From an uncultured delta proteobacterium (GTDB taxonomy: Bacteria; Desulfobacterota; RBG-13-43-22), in NCBI GenBank assembly GCA_963821645.1, contig CAWGEQ010000039.1, forward strand, positions 76,402 to 140,401: a stretch of DNA of 64,000 nt, in the 5' to 3' direction. Made by a program: the position numbers and the translations under genes. Positions 62,491 through 64,000 of this stretch are shown piece by piece. Each line of letters starts with the position of its first letter. Position 1 is the stretch's first letter. The notes beneath the pieces were generated by a model. That model was not told where the DNA came from, did not search any database, and was given only the letters and a program-made list of their open reading frames with translations.

Positions 62491-64000
62491 TCAGTTGGCA
62501 TATTTGTTGATATAATATTGTTGGCCTATGGAAAGGACATTGTTGACCAGCCAATATAAAACCAGGCCGGCGGCAAAATTAATAAACATAAAAGTAAAAA
62601 CAACCGGCAAAAAGAGCATCATCTTGGCCTGGGTCGGATCACCGGTTGTGGGGGTCATTTTTTGCTGGATAAACATGGAAGCCCCCATAAGTAGAGTTAA
62701 TACCGGAATCCCATTACCCACATAGGGAAGCTGAATGCCGATCGATAAGCGATCCGGTGCCGAAAGGTCATTTATCCATAGCAAAAAAGGGGCATGACGG
62801 AGCTCAATGGCATATCCCAGTAAACTATAAAGGGCAAAAAAGACCGGGATTTGAATAACCATCGGTAAACATCCGCCCATGGGATTGACTTTGTAGGTTT
62901 TATACAGGGCCATGGTCTCCTGATTCAGTTTTTCGCGGTTGTCTTTATATTTTTCCCTGATCTTGGCGATCTTGGGTTGAAGCTTTTGCATATCCTTCAT
63001 GGATTTATAACTCTTGTGAGTCAAGGGCGCGAAGAGGATTTTAATCAGGATCGTCAAGACAATGATCGACCAGCCGTAATTATGGAAAAACCCGTTAAAA
63101 AATCGGAGGACCCATAACAGGGGTTTGGCGATGATATCAAAAAAACCGAAATGGACGGCCCTATCCAATTCAAATCCCAGGGGCTGCAAAACCTGAGTGT
63201 CTTTCGGCCCGAAATAGAGGGCATAGTGAAACTGCTTTTCTCCTTCGGGGGTCAGGGTCAAGGGGGAAGAGACAAAGGACATCTTTAGATTTTCCGGGTT
63301 CGGTTTGGAAAGCTTGAGGCTGACGGTTTGCTGTTCCTCTAAGGGAATCAGGGCCTCCATAAAATAGGTGTCGGCCAAGGCCCCCCATTGGATCTTTCCG
63401 GCCATAACCGTTTCCTTATCGACCTTCCCCAGGGCTACCTCTTTACGGTCCCCATTGATCAAGGTCAAGGCACCATGAAAAGAACTGGAAGAGGAAGGGG
63501 GAAATCGATTTTCCAACACCAGGGCCAAATTGTCGTCCAAGGTCTGGTCCGTTTTGTTGATAACCCGAATATCAAGATCCATCCGGTAGGAATCATAGGA
63601 CAGTTTATAGGTCTTGACGATGGTCAACCCCTGGCTGGAGGTCCAGCGGAACGACAAAGATCCCTTGGGATGATCGGGGTCCAGAATCAGCGCGTCTTTA
63701 TCGGCGGCAAACCGGGCCTGGATCATTTCCGGCTGGTTTTTTTTGATCCATTCCAATTGCAGGGGGAAGTCCGCCGGCTGGTCGACCTGAATCATTTCTT
63801 TGAGGTCGGGGCTTCCCAATTTCTCCTTATAGTCCGCCAACTTTAAACTCTTTAAAGAAGCGCCCTGCTCTGAAAAAACGGCCTCAAAGCGTTTATTTTT
63901 GACCCTGATTTCCTTGACCGGTTCAGTGGCTAAGGTGGCCCTGGGTGCCGGGACGGCCGGCGTTTCCGTTGCCGATGATGACGGGGCCGGGGAAGATTCC
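62491..64000 (-). CDS. yidC: Membrane protein insertase YidC, partial; 5' end beyond the window
   Basis: GPK, NYGWSII, NPMGGCLP, WINDLS and GLVLYW motifs; frame stays open to the window edge. Confidence 0.97.
   Translation of the reverse strand, partial: ESSPAPSSSATETPAVPAPRATLATEPVKEIRVKNKRFEAVFSEQGASLKSLKLADYKEKLGSPDLKEMIQVDQPADFPLQLEWIKKNQPEMIQARFAADKDALILDPDHPKGSLSFRWTSSQGLTIVKTYKLSYDSYRMDLDIRVINKTDQTLDDNLALVLENRFPPSSSSSFHGALTLINGDRKEVALGKVDKETVMAGKIQWGALADTYFMEALIPLEEQQTVSLKLSKPNPENLKMSFVSSPLTLTPEGEKQFHYALYFGPKDTQVLQPLGFELDRAVHFGFFDIIAKPLLWVLRFFNGFFHNYGWSIIVLTILIKILFAPLTHKSYKSMKDMQKLQPKIAKIREKYKDNREKLNQETMALYKTYKVNPMGGCLPMVIQIPVFFALYSLLGYAIELRHAPFLLWINDLSAPDRLSIGIQLPYVGNGIPVLTLLMGASMFIQQKMTPTTGDPTQAKMMLFLPVVFTFMFINFAAGLVLYWLVNNVLSIGQQYYINKYAN

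Overview
Chromosomal window from an anaerobic deltaproteobacterium (Desulfobacterota-like; inferred from gene content and repeat families). It has four parts. (1) 1-20.7 kb: mixed metabolic and DNA-repair genes, including bioB with a BirA-type operator, an esterase, an MFS transporter, GntR, an aminopeptidase, pirin, an SfsA-GIY-YIG fusion, PolX and DUF429. (2) 20.7-30.1 kb: a minus-strand integron-type cassette array with about nine attC-like sites but no integrase gene in the window (CALIN). It is rich in defence-type cargo (PD-(D/E)XK nuclease, Mrr, a second Mrr-like REase, NYN/LOTUS, a decayed toxin-antitoxin pair) and also holds an ORF-less cassette, a RAYT element with terminal inverted repeats and a probable group II intron 5' fragment. 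Next to it is an ISL3 element flanked by an unusually long (~64 bp) direct repeat. (3) 32.5-46.4 kb: a respiratory cluster coupling an alternative complex III/Qrc-like complex to a cbb3-type (C-family) heme-copper oxidase with maturation genes. (4) 46.6-64 kb: housekeeping genes (clpB, htpX, purA, tRNA-Leu, tig, clpP, clpX, lon, rsmG, mnmE, jag, yidC). About 15 single-base frameshifts, nearly all +1, in otherwise intact genes suggest assembly errors rather than decay. All calls come from reading motifs by eye; no database searches were run.
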